From Harriotta raleighana (lineage: Eukaryota): a DNA stretch of 64,000 bases. The stretch covers positions 3,869,648-3,933,647 of the forward strand of contig JBNZDD010013658.1 in assembly GCA_050575255.1 (NCBI GenBank), read 5' to 3'. Each line of letters starts with the position of its first letter. Position 1 is the stretch's first letter. The notes beneath the pieces are model-generated. The model did not search any database. It was not told the origin of the DNA and saw nothing but the letters and a program-made list of their open reading frames with translations. Below, piece after piece: positions 39,984 through 52,199 of this stretch. A program made the position numbers and the translations under genes.

Positions 39984-40470
39984 AACAACAATTTATTTTA
40001 ATGTCTTTCAGGGCAGGAGGATGTGTTTCACACAGCCAGCTATGAACTGGGGGTCGGAGGATCTGAGGAAGGTGGGAGGAGTGGAGGCTGAAGCTGACCA
40101 AAATACAGTCGATATAAAACAACAACAACTTGCATTTTTATAGTGCCCTTCAGGAAGTGTACCATTTCAGAGTGCTTGACAGTGGCGGAGCACAACGCTG
40201 AATCAGAAAAAGTGGGGAGGTGACAATAGGAAAGTGGGATTTAAAGGTGTGGAGACAGCAGGAAAGCGAGTTGGGGATGAAATGGAGGAATTCCAGATGA
40301 AGGAAATTGGGGGAAGATAGGCTAAAAGTTTTAACACCAATGGTATTGTAGGTCAGGTAGGATATATGAAACAGACCAGTGTTTCCTGAGGTAGGTGAGC
40401 TGTTCGACTGATCTGGTTGCAGGCTGGTCGAGAGGTAGGTTTTGACGAGGCTAGGAGGGATTTGATCATG
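39984..40470 (-). mobile_element. two stacked degraded L2 3' ends
   Basis: (CAA)n-led tails at about 39984 and 40117, followed by purine-rich L2 3' sequence. Confidence 0.65.
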
Positions 40471-40992
40471 ATGTAGGATTATTAGTTGGTGAGACAGCTT
40501 CACCAAAGGAAATGTTTGGGATGTTGGATGGGTCAAGTTTAATAGACGGACGGAGCATTCCTGCCTGAAACTGTCAGCGGGATGAAGAACGTAACTTGTG
40601 ATGTGATAATTCTCACATTTTTAAAAATTCTACAGCATTAATGATTCAGTGGTTATATAGTTTGAGTTCTCAACAAACAGCAGGGTGTCCTAAATATGTC
40701 CACCATATTTATGGTGGAAGAAAAGTGAGCTGTCACAGATGTACCACCCAATAATAAATTCTGCAATTTCTCCAAATGCACTGTTGTTGTAGTCCACTAA
40801 ATTTGAAAGGCCCTACACAACATAATGTTGTTGTTGTTGTGTTCTGCTCCTTTTAAATCCAGATAGTCAATTCAAATCTGCAGCAGGGAATGGAGCAGGA
40901 GGTGGGGGGAGAGGAAGAATTTTCTTGGAACTTAATCTTCTTTACCTTAATCACTTAAAGAAGCTTGAGTGATTTTGAAGTGACAGATAATC

Positions 40993-42968
40993 TACTCCAA
41001 GATAATCCTGGAGGTGAAGGACAACAGCTTCTCTTCTCCACCACCAACCAACTCCTCCGTCCACCCCGCTTCACCTCACAGATCCTCTCCTCGAACTCCC
41101 ACTGCGAGGAGATGCTGGATTTCGTAGAGTCCAAAATCGAGAGAATCCACACTGCAGTCACTGTTCCTCCAACTTCCACCCCCTCCGCACTTCCCCCCAC
41201 ACCCCGTCTCCTACCCATCCCTTTTTCCACAATCCCATCTCCCCATCCTCCTATCAACAAAAACATCTCTGCGATGAAGCCCACCATCTACTCCCTTGAC
41301 CCCATCCCCACCCCACTCCTCACCACCCAGCTCCACTTCCTAGCCCCACTAATCTCCGACACCATCAACCTGTCCCTCTCATCCGGCACTGTTCCCACTC
41401 CCTTCAAAACCGCCACTATCACCCCCATCCTAAAAAAAACCTTGCCTCGATGCGTTGCAGCTATCAAGCTACCGGTCCATCTCCAACCTCCCCTTCCTCT
41501 CCAAGGTCCTGGAAAGAGTGGTTGCCTCCTAGCTCCGCTCTTTCCTCTCAAGACACTCACTCCTCGAAACCCTCCAATCGGGTTTCCATGCATCCCACAG
41601 CACGGAAACTGCTCTGGTCAAGGTCGCAAATGACATCCTGACCATCTGTGACCAGGGCTCCCTCTGCCTCCTCATCCTCCTCGACCTATCCACCGCCTTC
41701 GACACCGTCGACCACACAATCCTCCTCCACCACCTCTCCTCCCTCCTCAACCTTCAAGGCTGTCCTTGACTGGTTCCAGTCATATCTCTCCCACCGCCTT
41801 AACTTTGTATCTTCCAACGGCTTTTCCTCCAGCCCCCGCACAGTCAAATGCGGCGTTTCCCATGGCTCTGCCCTTGTCCCGCTGCTCTTCACCCTCTACA
41901 TGCTCCCCCTGGGCGACATCATCCGCAGACATGGGGTAAATTTTCGCATGTATGCGGATATCACCCAACTCTACCTTTACACCTCCTCCCTCGACTCCAG
42001 GACTACTAGGGTTCTGACTGCATGTCTGACCAACATTGAGTCTTGGACGAGGACCAACTTCCTCCAACTCAACGTCAACAAGACGGAGGCCCTCCTGATT
42101 GACTCTTGTCAGCGCCTCCATACCTCAGGCGATGACAACATCAGCATTCAAAGCTGCTCTCTCCACCTCTCAAAGCCAGTCACGAATCTGGGCGTCTTGT
42201 TTGACCCCGAACTGTCCTTCCTCCCTCATATCCGCTCCCTGACCGGTATCGCCTTCCACCAACTCTGCAATTTTGCCAGGCTCTGCCACTATCTCACCCC
42301 TCATGCTGCCGAAACCCTCATTCACACCTTTATCATCTCCAGGCTCGACAACGGGAACTCTCTCCTCGTCCGCCTTCCCAACTCCTCTCTTCACTGGTTG
42401 CAGATCATTCAGAATTCTGCAGCTTGTGTACTCTCCCGCATCAGGCTTCGTGACCACATCACTCCCACCCTCGCCCGTCTCCACTGGCTCCCCATCCCCC
42501 AGAGGATCGAATTCAAGATCCTCGTCCTCACTTTCAAGGCCCACTCGCGGCCTTGTCCCCGCCTATCTCTCTGACCTACTTTCTCCCTATCAGCCTGCCC
42601 ACACCTTCCATTTAGCAAACTCAGGCCTGCTCCGCGTCCACCGCCCTAACTGGCCGGGCTTTCAGCCTCTCTGTTCCCACACTATGGAACTCCATCCCGC
42701 AGTCCCTCCGCCTTGCTTCCTCCCTTTCCTCCTTCAAGGCCAGTCTCAAGACCTTCCTCTTCGACCATGCCTTCGGCTTCCCCCCCCCGACTCTTCCCCC
42801 TCTCCCACTCTCCCTCCCCTTNCCCCTGACTCTTCCCCCTCTCCCACTCTCCCTCCCCTTCCCCCTATCCCCCCCCCCCGCTCGGGTCCCGACCTGACTG
42901 TTCAGCGCTTTGAGACGTCTCCCGACGTGAAAGGCGATATACAAGTGTAATTTTGTTGTTGTTGTTGT
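40993..42968 (+). mobile_element. L2 LINE, 5'-truncated, ~2 kb, with RT pseudogene and 12-bp TSD
   Basis: ORFs 40965-41633 (SLDPIPTPLL, INLSLSSGTVP) and 41648-42574 ([42 protein letters not shown]); frameshifts; catalytic YADD changed to YADI; (GTT)n tail; TGACAGATAATC at 40981-40992 and 42969-42980. Confidence 0.96.
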
Positions 42969-44539
42969 TGACAGATAATCAACATCATTTCCCCCATAAC
43001 TTTTTATTTTTTTTAATGTGTAACTGCTACCAGCCTGTGTGGAGCTGCACGTCTCAATGATAGACAATCAATAGCTGAACATATCTTTTGGTCTACCACC
43101 AACAACTGTCTTTGCTTGAGCAACTTCAAGGTCATTGATAGGACCTCCTTGATACCACTTAGGCTTCAAAGAATGGCTTTTGCTTCAGCTAACACTTGCT
43201 GGAAGTGAATCTGTTGGCTTTTACATTCACTTGCTGTGGGAATGTCCGGTAATGAAACCCTTCTGGGACATCTTGTTTTCAGCTCGATTACATTTTTAAT
43301 GATATGAAGCCAAAGAACAGCTCTCACTTTTAAAGTGATAACTAAGCATTGATTTTCTACAAGTGACATTGGAGTTTACTACAGAAATCATATTGTCGTT
43401 CTGCAGCAGCAGAGAGAAAAATAGATTTACTTGTTTATTTTAAGTGCATGAAATATTTCTAAATGGCAATGCACACATCAGATGTGACAACAGTAACAAT
43501 CATCTTATTTGAAAGGGGTGGGAGGGGGAGAAAGAGAAATCAAAAGTCAAAATAAGAAAATCAAACAAATGATAGTTGCACTTCACCTTGAAATTGCCAA
43601 ATACTCTGCTCATGCCATTGTCAAGTTACGTGTTGATCGCTGATTCAAAATTTTCCTCTTGACTGATGTCAAAACTTGTTTGCAGCTGCACATATGATCT
43701 AATAGCTTGTATGCAGCTCCCAAAGACTCTCTAATTGGCTTCTTCTGGTGTAAAGTCACTGACTGCAACCATTTAACACACTTAGGTCGTGTATCCGAGG
43801 CCAGTGCATTTAATAAGGCACTATAGCAATTTCAGCTGTCTTTCGTTTAGTCTTTTGCCATCTTCAATTATACCTTTCCACCCTACCATTTGTGTGTAAT
43901 TTCCAAATCTGTCTGAGCTGACTGTACTGCTGTTCACTATTTCGCTGCATGACAGATTACCTGACAAGCCATATCTGTTCAGCCCAGAAATGTGCAATAA
44001 CACAGGGTCATGACTCTATCACATGTTGTGTACTTTATTTCCACACAGTTCACTGAAGACTGTCATCTGTTTTTTCAACTACCCGTTGCCATATTGTGCA
44101 GTAACCCCTTGTGTACCAAATGGCCTGTGTCGCTTCCACTGAAAGAAGATGCACGCATTTCTGTTTTATCAAAATAGGCAGATTGCTTGTGCAGGAAATT
44201 TTAAAATTACATTAAAACCAAATGAGTCCAGCAATAAGTCGGATGTCAGGAGATGTTGTATGGAAAAATATCAATTCAGCACCACGCTGATCATCAAAAG
44301 AATAATTCAAAATAGTCACAATAAATATAAAATACTAGATATAAAATAATATATATTAAAAATAACAACACAATCTTGTTAATAGTATCAAAAACTTAAA
44401 AATGAATACAACAACAACTTGTATTTATATACAACTCTTTGTGCAGTGTAACATCTTGGGAGTGTTGAATAATGTATTAACTGTGCTATATTACTGTATT
44501 AACTGAAGTGCTTCTGAAGAATATATACACATCATGAAT

Positions 44540-44910
44540 ACCTGAACTTTACTGGAAGGATCCCAAGTTTGATGCTTGATCTGACCGGAGTTAGTTGCTC
44601 AGTTGAAGCAAGAGTAGTGATGCTATAATTGGATTATGGAATAGGGAAAAGAAGCCAGGGTTTCCTTTCCTGATCGCTGTCCAGCACCCCATGCTGGGCA
44701 TATAAATATGTGGATGCCAACTGGGTGAGGAGAGGAGGATTGAGCTCAGCTACGATGCCTCTCTACAGAGTATAACTTGCCGATACTCAAAGATATGGCT
44801 CACACATTGAATGGTCAACCATAGTGGAAATCTATCCGCTATAGAGGGGCAAAATGACTCAAACACATTCAGCGGAGGAATAGAGGGAAAATATATTGGT
44901 GAGGAGAAAA
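44540..44910 (+). mobile_element. old SINE, family B, including the putative tRNA-like head
   Basis: GAAGGATCCCAAGTTTGATGC (box B-like), then GCCAGGGTTTCCTTTCCTGATCGCTGTCCAG...GGGTGAGG...AGGATTGAGCTCAGCT, the reverse complement of 635-900. Confidence 0.6.
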
Positions 44911-46037
44911 TATATCAACTGAAAATTCATGGTATTGTACTGATACATTTTCTGCCAAGTAGAATAATTATTGCTTTGAGATTTAGCTAGTTGAAAGCTA
45001 CAAGGTGACTAATTTCTCTGTTCTATGTCAAACAATGTCACTGTAAAATCACTTGATGTGAAATGGGCTAGTTATAACTTTCTAACTCGGAGTACTTGTG
45101 TTTTAACTAACTTCTGTTTCTTTAAGAAATATGCAACCTCATAATATTGAAATATTTAAATCTATATAATATTGTAGTTTTTATAACTTAATAAGTACAC
45201 AATTGTAGACTTGTGTGGTGTAAAGCAACATATGTCTGAAGAGAGAATAAATGAGAATGTGCATTGGCAAGCATTTCATATCCAGAGTGCTTTCTTTTTA
45301 AATCAAGAAGAAAATCATCTATTTGTGGTGCACAACATTTTTAAATAATGGAAAGCATCTCTGTGGTAGGAATACTTAAAACCCACTTTAAAGGTACTCA
45401 TACTTTGAGATCTCATGTAAGAGCTTTTTGGCTTTAATTTGTTTCTTGCGAGGACTTAAAAATGCAGCATGTTTAAGATAGATTCCGCACAGTGGTTGCA
45501 GGATCTAGGGGTGAAATATGCAGACTGTGCTTGTTCTGTTCCCTTTGCACAGCGCCAGTCTCGGGCCAAACACCACGCTCAGAAATGTATGAAATTCATC
45601 AAGGCCTCACGAACGCCGGCTGATCCAGAACATGTGGGCCACTGCTGGCAGCACAAAGCACATTCCTGCATTTGCGGGCCCTGCATGATATTTCAAACAG
45701 CTCCAGTTTCCCTGGATATGACCTACTGCCGAGAGTCAAGCTGCTGTGTAAACAAGAAAGACTTCAGAATCACAGTGTTTTTATTTCCAACGCCGATGGC
45801 CATTTACTCAGTTGTTTTGTTCAATTAGTCTTTCTTTTATTGGAGTGCTTAAATTCAGGACAACTTCAGAGATGCGACTGAGCTCATTGGGTGCAAGATA
45901 AACCTACTCCAGAAAGACTCAGTCTGCTTGGCTGTGTAGTACGGCTGAATGCAAATACATGTAATCTGCTCCAGTGGAGATGATTCAGGTTCTAATTCTG
46001 GAACGAACTGGAGATATGAACTGCATGATTCATCATC

Positions 46038-46180
46038 ATATAAGAACATAAGAACATGAGAATGTAGCAATGAGAAAAGAATGCTCAGCCAGTCAATTTA
46101 CTGTCATTCACATACTGTTTCTAGGCTTAATTCATCCAATTTTTTCACTCACCTCAAACCAATATCCCTTAATTCTCTCC
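46038..46180 (-). mobile_element. CR1 3' tail remnant
   Basis: (CATAAGAA)n octamer, the reverse complement of a CR1-type TTCTTATG tail. Confidence 0.45.
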
Positions 46181-46449
46181 TCGTGTTTGAGGCTTGGCCT
46201 CTGTGTACTATTTATATCTGCACATTGGTTCTTATAAATGAATTCTAATACATTTGCAAGTGATACAAAATAAGCACAGTCTTAATTTTTTGAGGAATTG
46301 TTGTGTTCATCTAGATGAATACGAATACTGAAAGTGGCATCTAACTTGTAGGGAGTCCTAAAAGGCTTCAGAAATCTTAAATTCTGCTTGAGTGTGATGC
46401 ATTTTACACTGGCAGAACTCCGCACAGTTGAAATCTAATTTCTGATTGC

Positions 46450-46930
46450 TATAAAAGTAATGGATTCAAGCCGCACATGAGGTCTATGAACTCACAGTCT
46501 AGGCTGATACTCTAATTCAATGCTGGCTAAGTATTGCGTTACTCGAGGTGTCATCCTTCAGGTGAGATTTAAAAATAAGGTTGTGACTATCTGATCAGGT
46601 GGATATTCAATATTCCACAAAGATTTACAAAGAATATACAACATGGAAACATTTAGTTCAATTAGTTTGTGTCACTGTTTATACTCCACGTGGCACTATT
46701 GGAAAGAGAAGGGAGCTTCTCTAGGTATCCTGGCAAACAATTCCTCAGACGAAATTAATAATTCACTGCACATTCACTGGCTGTTTGTTGAATATTGCCA
46801 GCTGAAGTTGCCTACAAAATACAGTCACAACACTTTACAGTATATCTTGTAAAGCACTTCAAGACATCCTGCCGATGTGAAAGGTGTTATCTGAAATACA
46901 AGGATTATTATTTATTGATTAGGATTATTT
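46450..46930 (+). mobile_element. DeuSINE, degraded, near full length
   Basis: GGATTCAAGCC...CTAGGCTGATACTC...GTCATCCTTCAGGTGAGA...TGGCACTATTGGAAAGAGAAGGGAG...AAAGCACTTCAAGACATCC...(ATT)n. Confidence 0.75.
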
Positions 46931-47044
46931 ATTTTAAATAAGAATCCCAACAAATGAGCTTTCTGGCACTTGGCAGGAGATCAGCTAAAATCAGCCATCG
47001 GGAGCACAGAAACTCCCCCCTCCAAACATTGTGCCAGAGGGCAT

Positions 47045-47210
47045 TTCATTACACAGAGGGTAAATAACAGCTGGAAATGGTTACCAGGAAAGGTGATAGA
47101 GGCCAGAACATTGATTTCATTCAAGAAAAAAATATGATGTTCTAATAAGAAGGAAGTAGGATTGGCATTCTACAGATGAGATCAAATAGGTTGAAGAGTC
47201 TTCTACATTG
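47045..47210 (+). mobile_element. CR1 3' fragment
   Basis: ACACAGAGGGTAAATAACAGCTGGAA...TTACCAGGAAAGGTGATAGAGGC, i.e. TQRV..WN.LPGKVIEA-like. Confidence 0.6.
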
Positions 47211-48199
47211 AACTCTCCAGTGATCTTGTAAGCATCACTGTAGAACAGATTTTCAATTGAGCTGTGTGCAACTGAGAAATATTTATGATCCACATGAGTG
47301 CAATATTAATCATAGAAATAATAAGATAGTATAGATTTACACCATTAATCAAGTAATATTCCACCAAGAAACATTTTTCGGCTAACCAAAAAGATTTATT
47401 GTGTTTCCCAAACAAAAATCTACACACCTGTTGAGGCAAAATATGTTTGCTGGAAAAATGTTAAGGATGACTGTCCAGAAAATGTAGAATTTGTGGATTG
47501 GTTGTACAAAGAGATTATTGAGTGATCCTGCTTTAGAATTAATTTGTCTGCATATGTGTGATTATTCAATGGGCTGAATGTCTGTTAACAGATGGTGCGA
47601 ACTTCAATATTCTCTTGGATACAACCAGCCAGTAGGTTTGTGTAAATAGAAAACGATAAAGAAGAGACTTTTTCCATCATTTGGAAATATACAATTACTC
47701 AAGACCAGAGAAGATTTTTTTTAGACAAAAGAGGGGCTCGGTTCTAACATTTCTTCATCTGTGAAAGAAAAGCATGAAGATCCTAAGATCATACATACAT
47801 AAGTGTAGGATTGAATGTACTTTAGATCAGCTTTTGGATTTTATTTTGTCTGATTTATCTAAAACTTTTTTGTTTGTCCTACTCCTTGGTATCTGTACTG
47901 CTGATATTGTATCTATCAGTCATTATTTAATTGTTCTACCCTGTAAGGGCTCTTATTTTGGTTTAAATTGGGGGGCAAAGCCTGCGCCAATGATAATACT
48001 TCTATGTTCTGAAAGAAACAGGTAACAGATATCTGGATTATTTGTTATCTTCTAAAATTTAAGTTCTATGAGGGCATTAATCAATTAAAATAATAATAAT
48101 TCTTACATTAAATATTGTGCATTTGGTGTCAGTTAGATCATTCCTGTAATGAATAATGACCTTATGCTGCATTTTGCTCACAAACAAATTGAGAACTGA

Positions 48200-48335
48200 T
48201 TCTCAGATAGCCCACTCCCCCACGCTCTCCCCATAGCCCTGCAAACCTGTCCTCCCCAAATAACAATCTACTTCTCTCTTAAACATTGTTATCAAATTGG
48301 TTTGCACCAACCTTTCAGATAACGCATTTCAATTC
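48200..48335 (-). mobile_element. CR1 3' fragment
   Basis: CCCACTCCCCCACGCTCTCCCCATAGCCCTGCAAA closely matches 63388-63470. Confidence 0.7.
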
Positions 48336-48494
48336 ATGATTTATATACCATATCATGATTTACTGCAGTGAGTTCCCAATCTCAGTTATGTTATGAATAG
48401 AGGGGGAGTGGAGAGGCAGTGGAGATGCCTCTTCAAGTNGTTTTGTTATGAATAGAGGGGGAGTGGAGAGGCAGTGGAGATGCCTCTTCAAGTG

Positions 48495-48800
48495 GTCAGT
48501 GCCTTGGGACGTCCTTTCGACGTGAAAGGCGCTATACAAATGTAATGTTATTGTTGTTGTTGATAATCAAAGATCTCATGGCACTATTCAAACAGAGAAA
48601 TAAATTTCTCCTGGTATCTTGGCCAAAATTCCCCAAATAAAATTGGTCATTGACTTAATAACTGTTAGTAGAACAGTGATGAAGCTAATTGGCTATCATA
48701 CTGGCCTACAAAATACACAGTCACTTCACACTAAATCCTATGAAGCTCTTTCTGATATTTCAATGACATGGAAAGGAGTTAGAACAAATGCAAATAATAT
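48495..48800 (+). mobile_element. young L2 tail followed by the 3' half of a DeuSINE
   Basis: CAGTGCCTTGGGACGTCCTTTCGACGTGAAAGGCGCTATACAAATG(TTG)n, then AAAGATCTCATGGCACTATTCAA...TCTCCTGGTATCTTGGCCAA. Confidence 0.7.
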
Positions 48801-49606
48801 AAAAAACACCACTATCTTTTCAAAAGAAGATCTGAAAACTAGCAACAAATTGTAATTGCTACCTTTGTAGAAATCTGTGAAGTAGAACTCTTTTCCACAA
48901 TGATTTTGGTACTGTAAATTAGTGACACCCCTTACATTTCCATGAAGTTGCTTCCTATGATGCAGCACAAAAATGTGGTTACTATATTTGGCTAGAAATG
49001 TGATCAACACTGTTAGAAAAATGAAGTAATGCATCCTGAGATGATATTAGTTGATAAAATAAACTATGCCTTGATCACATGTTTTGAAATATGTTCGAGA
49101 CCTCTAATGAATACTACATTTTATCTGTGATTGAAATCAATGTAACAACAAAGGAGATTGAAATAGCTAAAACTGCTTTCATGCCTTCCTCAGGCACTTT
49201 CATCTATTTCTTTTAAGATCCCACCTAGGTTTGGCATATACCAGTGTGGATATGTGCCAATGCTCTGTTCACATGCTCCATAGTCGGAAGAAGTAGCCAC
49301 TCCACATACAATTCAGCTTAGCCTAATCTTTTCCAATTACCGCCTACTGTTTTTCAACAGCACTTTCTCACCAGGTAGAATCTAAGAGAGCCAAAAATTG
49401 AACTTTTTTCCAGTTTTCACATCTGAGGTTAGTCAGTGGCAGTCTAACTGTGCAAGTCTCGATTGCAGTCTCCCCAATATCTCTCCCTCCCTCGCAAAAT
49501 TGACTAGATTTCAATCTCAAGGGGAATAATCCTCTGACTCTTGGTAAATTCAAAAAGAAATTGTAATTTCAAAGCACCTTTTCATATTGTGTTTTAAGTT
49601 ACTCAT

Positions 49607-50080
49607 AATAATAATCATCCTTATACTGTATTTAGTATAATGCCTTTCATTTCAGGAGGACGTCAAAAAGCAATTCATAGGATATGCCATGAAGTGATTG
49701 TGTGTTTTGTGAGAATGGCAACCAATTTGCACACAGCATTGCCCCACAACCAGCCAAGGAATGAGTGACCAATTTTATTTGGGGGATTATTGGCTAGGAA
49801 TCAGAAGAAACTCTCTTCACCTATCGATTAGTTCCATGGGATCTTTAACATTCACCTAAAGAGGAAATGGGAGCTCAGTTTAACATCTCATCTGAAAGAT
49901 GACACCTCTGACAATGTGGCAAATCCTCAGCACTGTATTGCAGTGTCAGCCTAGACAACAACAGTAAAAAAATTACATTTGCCCAGCGCATTTCACGCTA
50001 GTCAAGATGAGTTCCAAGTCCCAACCGGGTACTTGAACCCACAACCTTCTGACTCAGTTGTGAGAATGCTACCAACTGAC
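49607..50080 (-). mobile_element. DeuSINE, full length, with a nested L2 tail
   Basis: CCATGGGATCTTTAAC, CTCAGTTTAACATCTCATCTGAAAGATGACACCTC, head TTGAACCCACAACCTTCTGACTCAG; insert at 49955-49997. Confidence 0.85.
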
Positions 50081-50089
50081 ACACAAATG

Positions 50090-50290
50090 CCAAATGCAAA
50101 TGAATGGCAAAGGAAGTAACTTTGTAAAGGGGCAGCCATATTGTTCCAGTGAGATTGTTGGCTAGGACACTGCAAATAAACTCCCTTTTATTTTTGATTG
50201 AGGTCATGGAATCTTTAATAAGTCTAGATTTAAGCTTTGTGTGAAAGGTGACACCAATAGCAATGCTAAACTCAATACAGCACTGGACTG
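50090..50290 (-). mobile_element. DeuSINE fragment
   Basis: TTGGCTAGGACAC...AACTCCC...CATGGAATCTTTAA...GAAAGGTGACACC. Confidence 0.55.
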
Positions 50291-50682
50291 TTCTCTAACT
50301 TCAGAATATGAATGTACCTTATGCTAGTTTATACCCATGTTTGATGGCAAATTGCTGTGATTGTGGCAGTATGCCACACTGTGAATCATATTGGAGTCCT
50401 GCTGATGAAACCACCTGGTGAAGGTATTTTTTAGAGCACGTGATTTCCACCCACGCAACACAAAATATATGGTTATGTATGGAGTCTGGGCTGATTCCTC
50501 CATGCTCAGCTCAAAGCTTCTGGACAGCCCATTGGAAGAGAAAGTCTTCATAATGTTACCAAAGACCAAATACATGTGCAGAATATTGCAATTGACTGTT
50601 TTTGTTTTTTAGCCATGATTTGCAAAGATATGTTTGGAAAAATATGAATCATTGAGGTGTTTTCCCAAGAAGAACTTAGCGC

Positions 50683-50998
50683 ACTTCACTCCTGTGTTTA
50701 TAAATGCGGCTTCACATTTGGCTGTATTAATACTGCTTTACTCGCTGTTATATAAATGCAACCTTACTGCTGGCTGTATAAATGTAGGTTTCCTCCCGAT
50801 TGTATAAATACGGCTTCACCACTTTCGATTATATTAATTCAACTTTACTCCGAGTTGTGTAAACGCAGCTTTATTCCCGGCTATATAAATACAGCTTTAT
50901 TCCAGACTGTGTAAATGTAGCTTCACTCTAGGTTGTGTAAACAGTTGGAAGTCTGGTTGTATAGATGTAAAATAAACCCTGGCAGTATGAATACACTG
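50683..50998. repeat. degenerate ~26-bp tandem array, about 11-12 units
   Basis: Units such as CTTTATTCCCGGCTATATAAATACAG and CTTTATTCCAGACTGTGTAAATGTAG; consensus about CTTTACTCCYGGCTGTATAAATRCAG. Confidence 0.85.
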
Positions 50999-51049
50999 TT
51001 ATACTTCTTGATTGGGAAGTTTATTGACCTGCTGGTGTAAGCTTCCCAC

Positions 51050-51364
51050 CATAATAATAATTATCCTTGCATTTGATATAGCACTTTTCACGTCTTCTAG
51101 ACTCCTCAAAGTGCTTCACTGAATATACTATAAAGTGAGTCGACTGTATATATATTGTGGGCGAAACACGGTAGCCAATTACGCACAGCTGTAATCAATA
51201 TACAGTCATGCATTGAAGTGACCAATTTATTATGGATTTTTTCTCGAGATTATTATCAGGTTTGTGGAGTAAGGAAACTTGCCTGAGGTTTTGCCCCGCC
51301 TGAAATTAAACCCAGGTCTCTTGCTTACAAGGCAAGTGCTCTAACCACCGAGCTACAGGACTTC
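51050..51364 (-). mobile_element. SINE family A (short form), full length
   Basis: Complete head, body and tail. Confidence 0.92.
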
Positions 51365-51810
51365 ATGAGCTCAGTAAGACTCAGTTAATAAATTTACTGA
51401 TCAGTGGAGAATCACTGCTCTAAAATTATTGCACCAGTCTACATTTGCATACTTGTACATTCAATGTGTGCCTCTTGTACAGCTCCCGAAGGCACAGCAT
51501 TGTTGAGTCGTGCAGGTTATACCATCCTGCATGAGATGGAGTAACAGGTTGCATTAATTGCCTGTGGGAGTGAAACAACTGACCTCAGTGTCCCTGTGCT
51601 GGAGAGAAAATTCTTGCAGTCATTCATTTCTGAGCAACCTTTAATGGAAGTACATGTGTCTAAATGTTGGATAAATATTTATTTGCTTGCATAATTTACA
51701 ATCACTGCACTTTACATAACATCCTGTGAAACTGTTTGAGATTTATTCCTGAAGTAAAAGGCACAATATCAAATGCAAAAATTATTATTATGAAGGCAGG
51801 CTTGACTTGT

Positions 51811-52100
51811 GGAGTCCTGTAGCTCAGTGGTGAGAGCACACGCCTTACAAACGAAAGACCTGGGTTCAATTCCAGGCAGGGCGAAACCTTGAGCAAGTTT
51901 CCTTGTTCCACACACCTAATAATAATTCCTCAAAAAAAAATTGTCATTTCAATCCATGACTGTTTGTGGGACACTGCTGTGTGCACTTGGCAGCCACATT
52001 TCACCAACAAATATACAGTCGATTCACTTTACAGTATATTCTGTGAAGTGCTTTGAGACGTCTAGAAGACGCTTTATCAAATGCAAGGATTATTATTATT
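51811..52100 (+). mobile_element. SINE family A (short form), full length
   Basis: GGAGTCCTGTAGCTCAGTGGTGAGAGCAC...GGGTTCAATTCC...(ATT)n; an older tail remnant lies at about 51700-51790. Confidence 0.92.
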
Positions 52101-52199
52101 AAAACTTGACATGGAAGTCCAGTGATTGATTAGTCCACCAGTGTTTGTCAAATCTAAGACGTGAAGAATGACCATTTGGGCTAGGTACCAAACAGTTGC

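Noticed and set aside
41648-42574. 308-aa RT-like ORF as a functional or domesticated gene
   Set aside because: 5'-truncated L2 with frameshifts and catalytic YADD changed to YADI.
44275-44295. REST/NRSE-like TTCAGCACCACG
   Set aside because: Only the left half-site; the GGACAG half is missing. The candidate near 23458-23479 has mismatches and non-canonical spacing.
50395-50445. Hammerhead-like CTGATGA...GAAG
   Set aside because: GAAA core altered, and stems I and III cannot be formed.
50683-50998. CRISPR-like or LexA-box interpretation of the 26-bp array
   Set aside because: No unique spacers, no cas genes, vertebrate context, and the dyad spacing differs from CTGT-N8-ACAG.
51811-51885. 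tRNA genes at SINE heads
   Set aside because: Box A and box B run straight into SINE bodies, with no complete acceptor stem or terminator.
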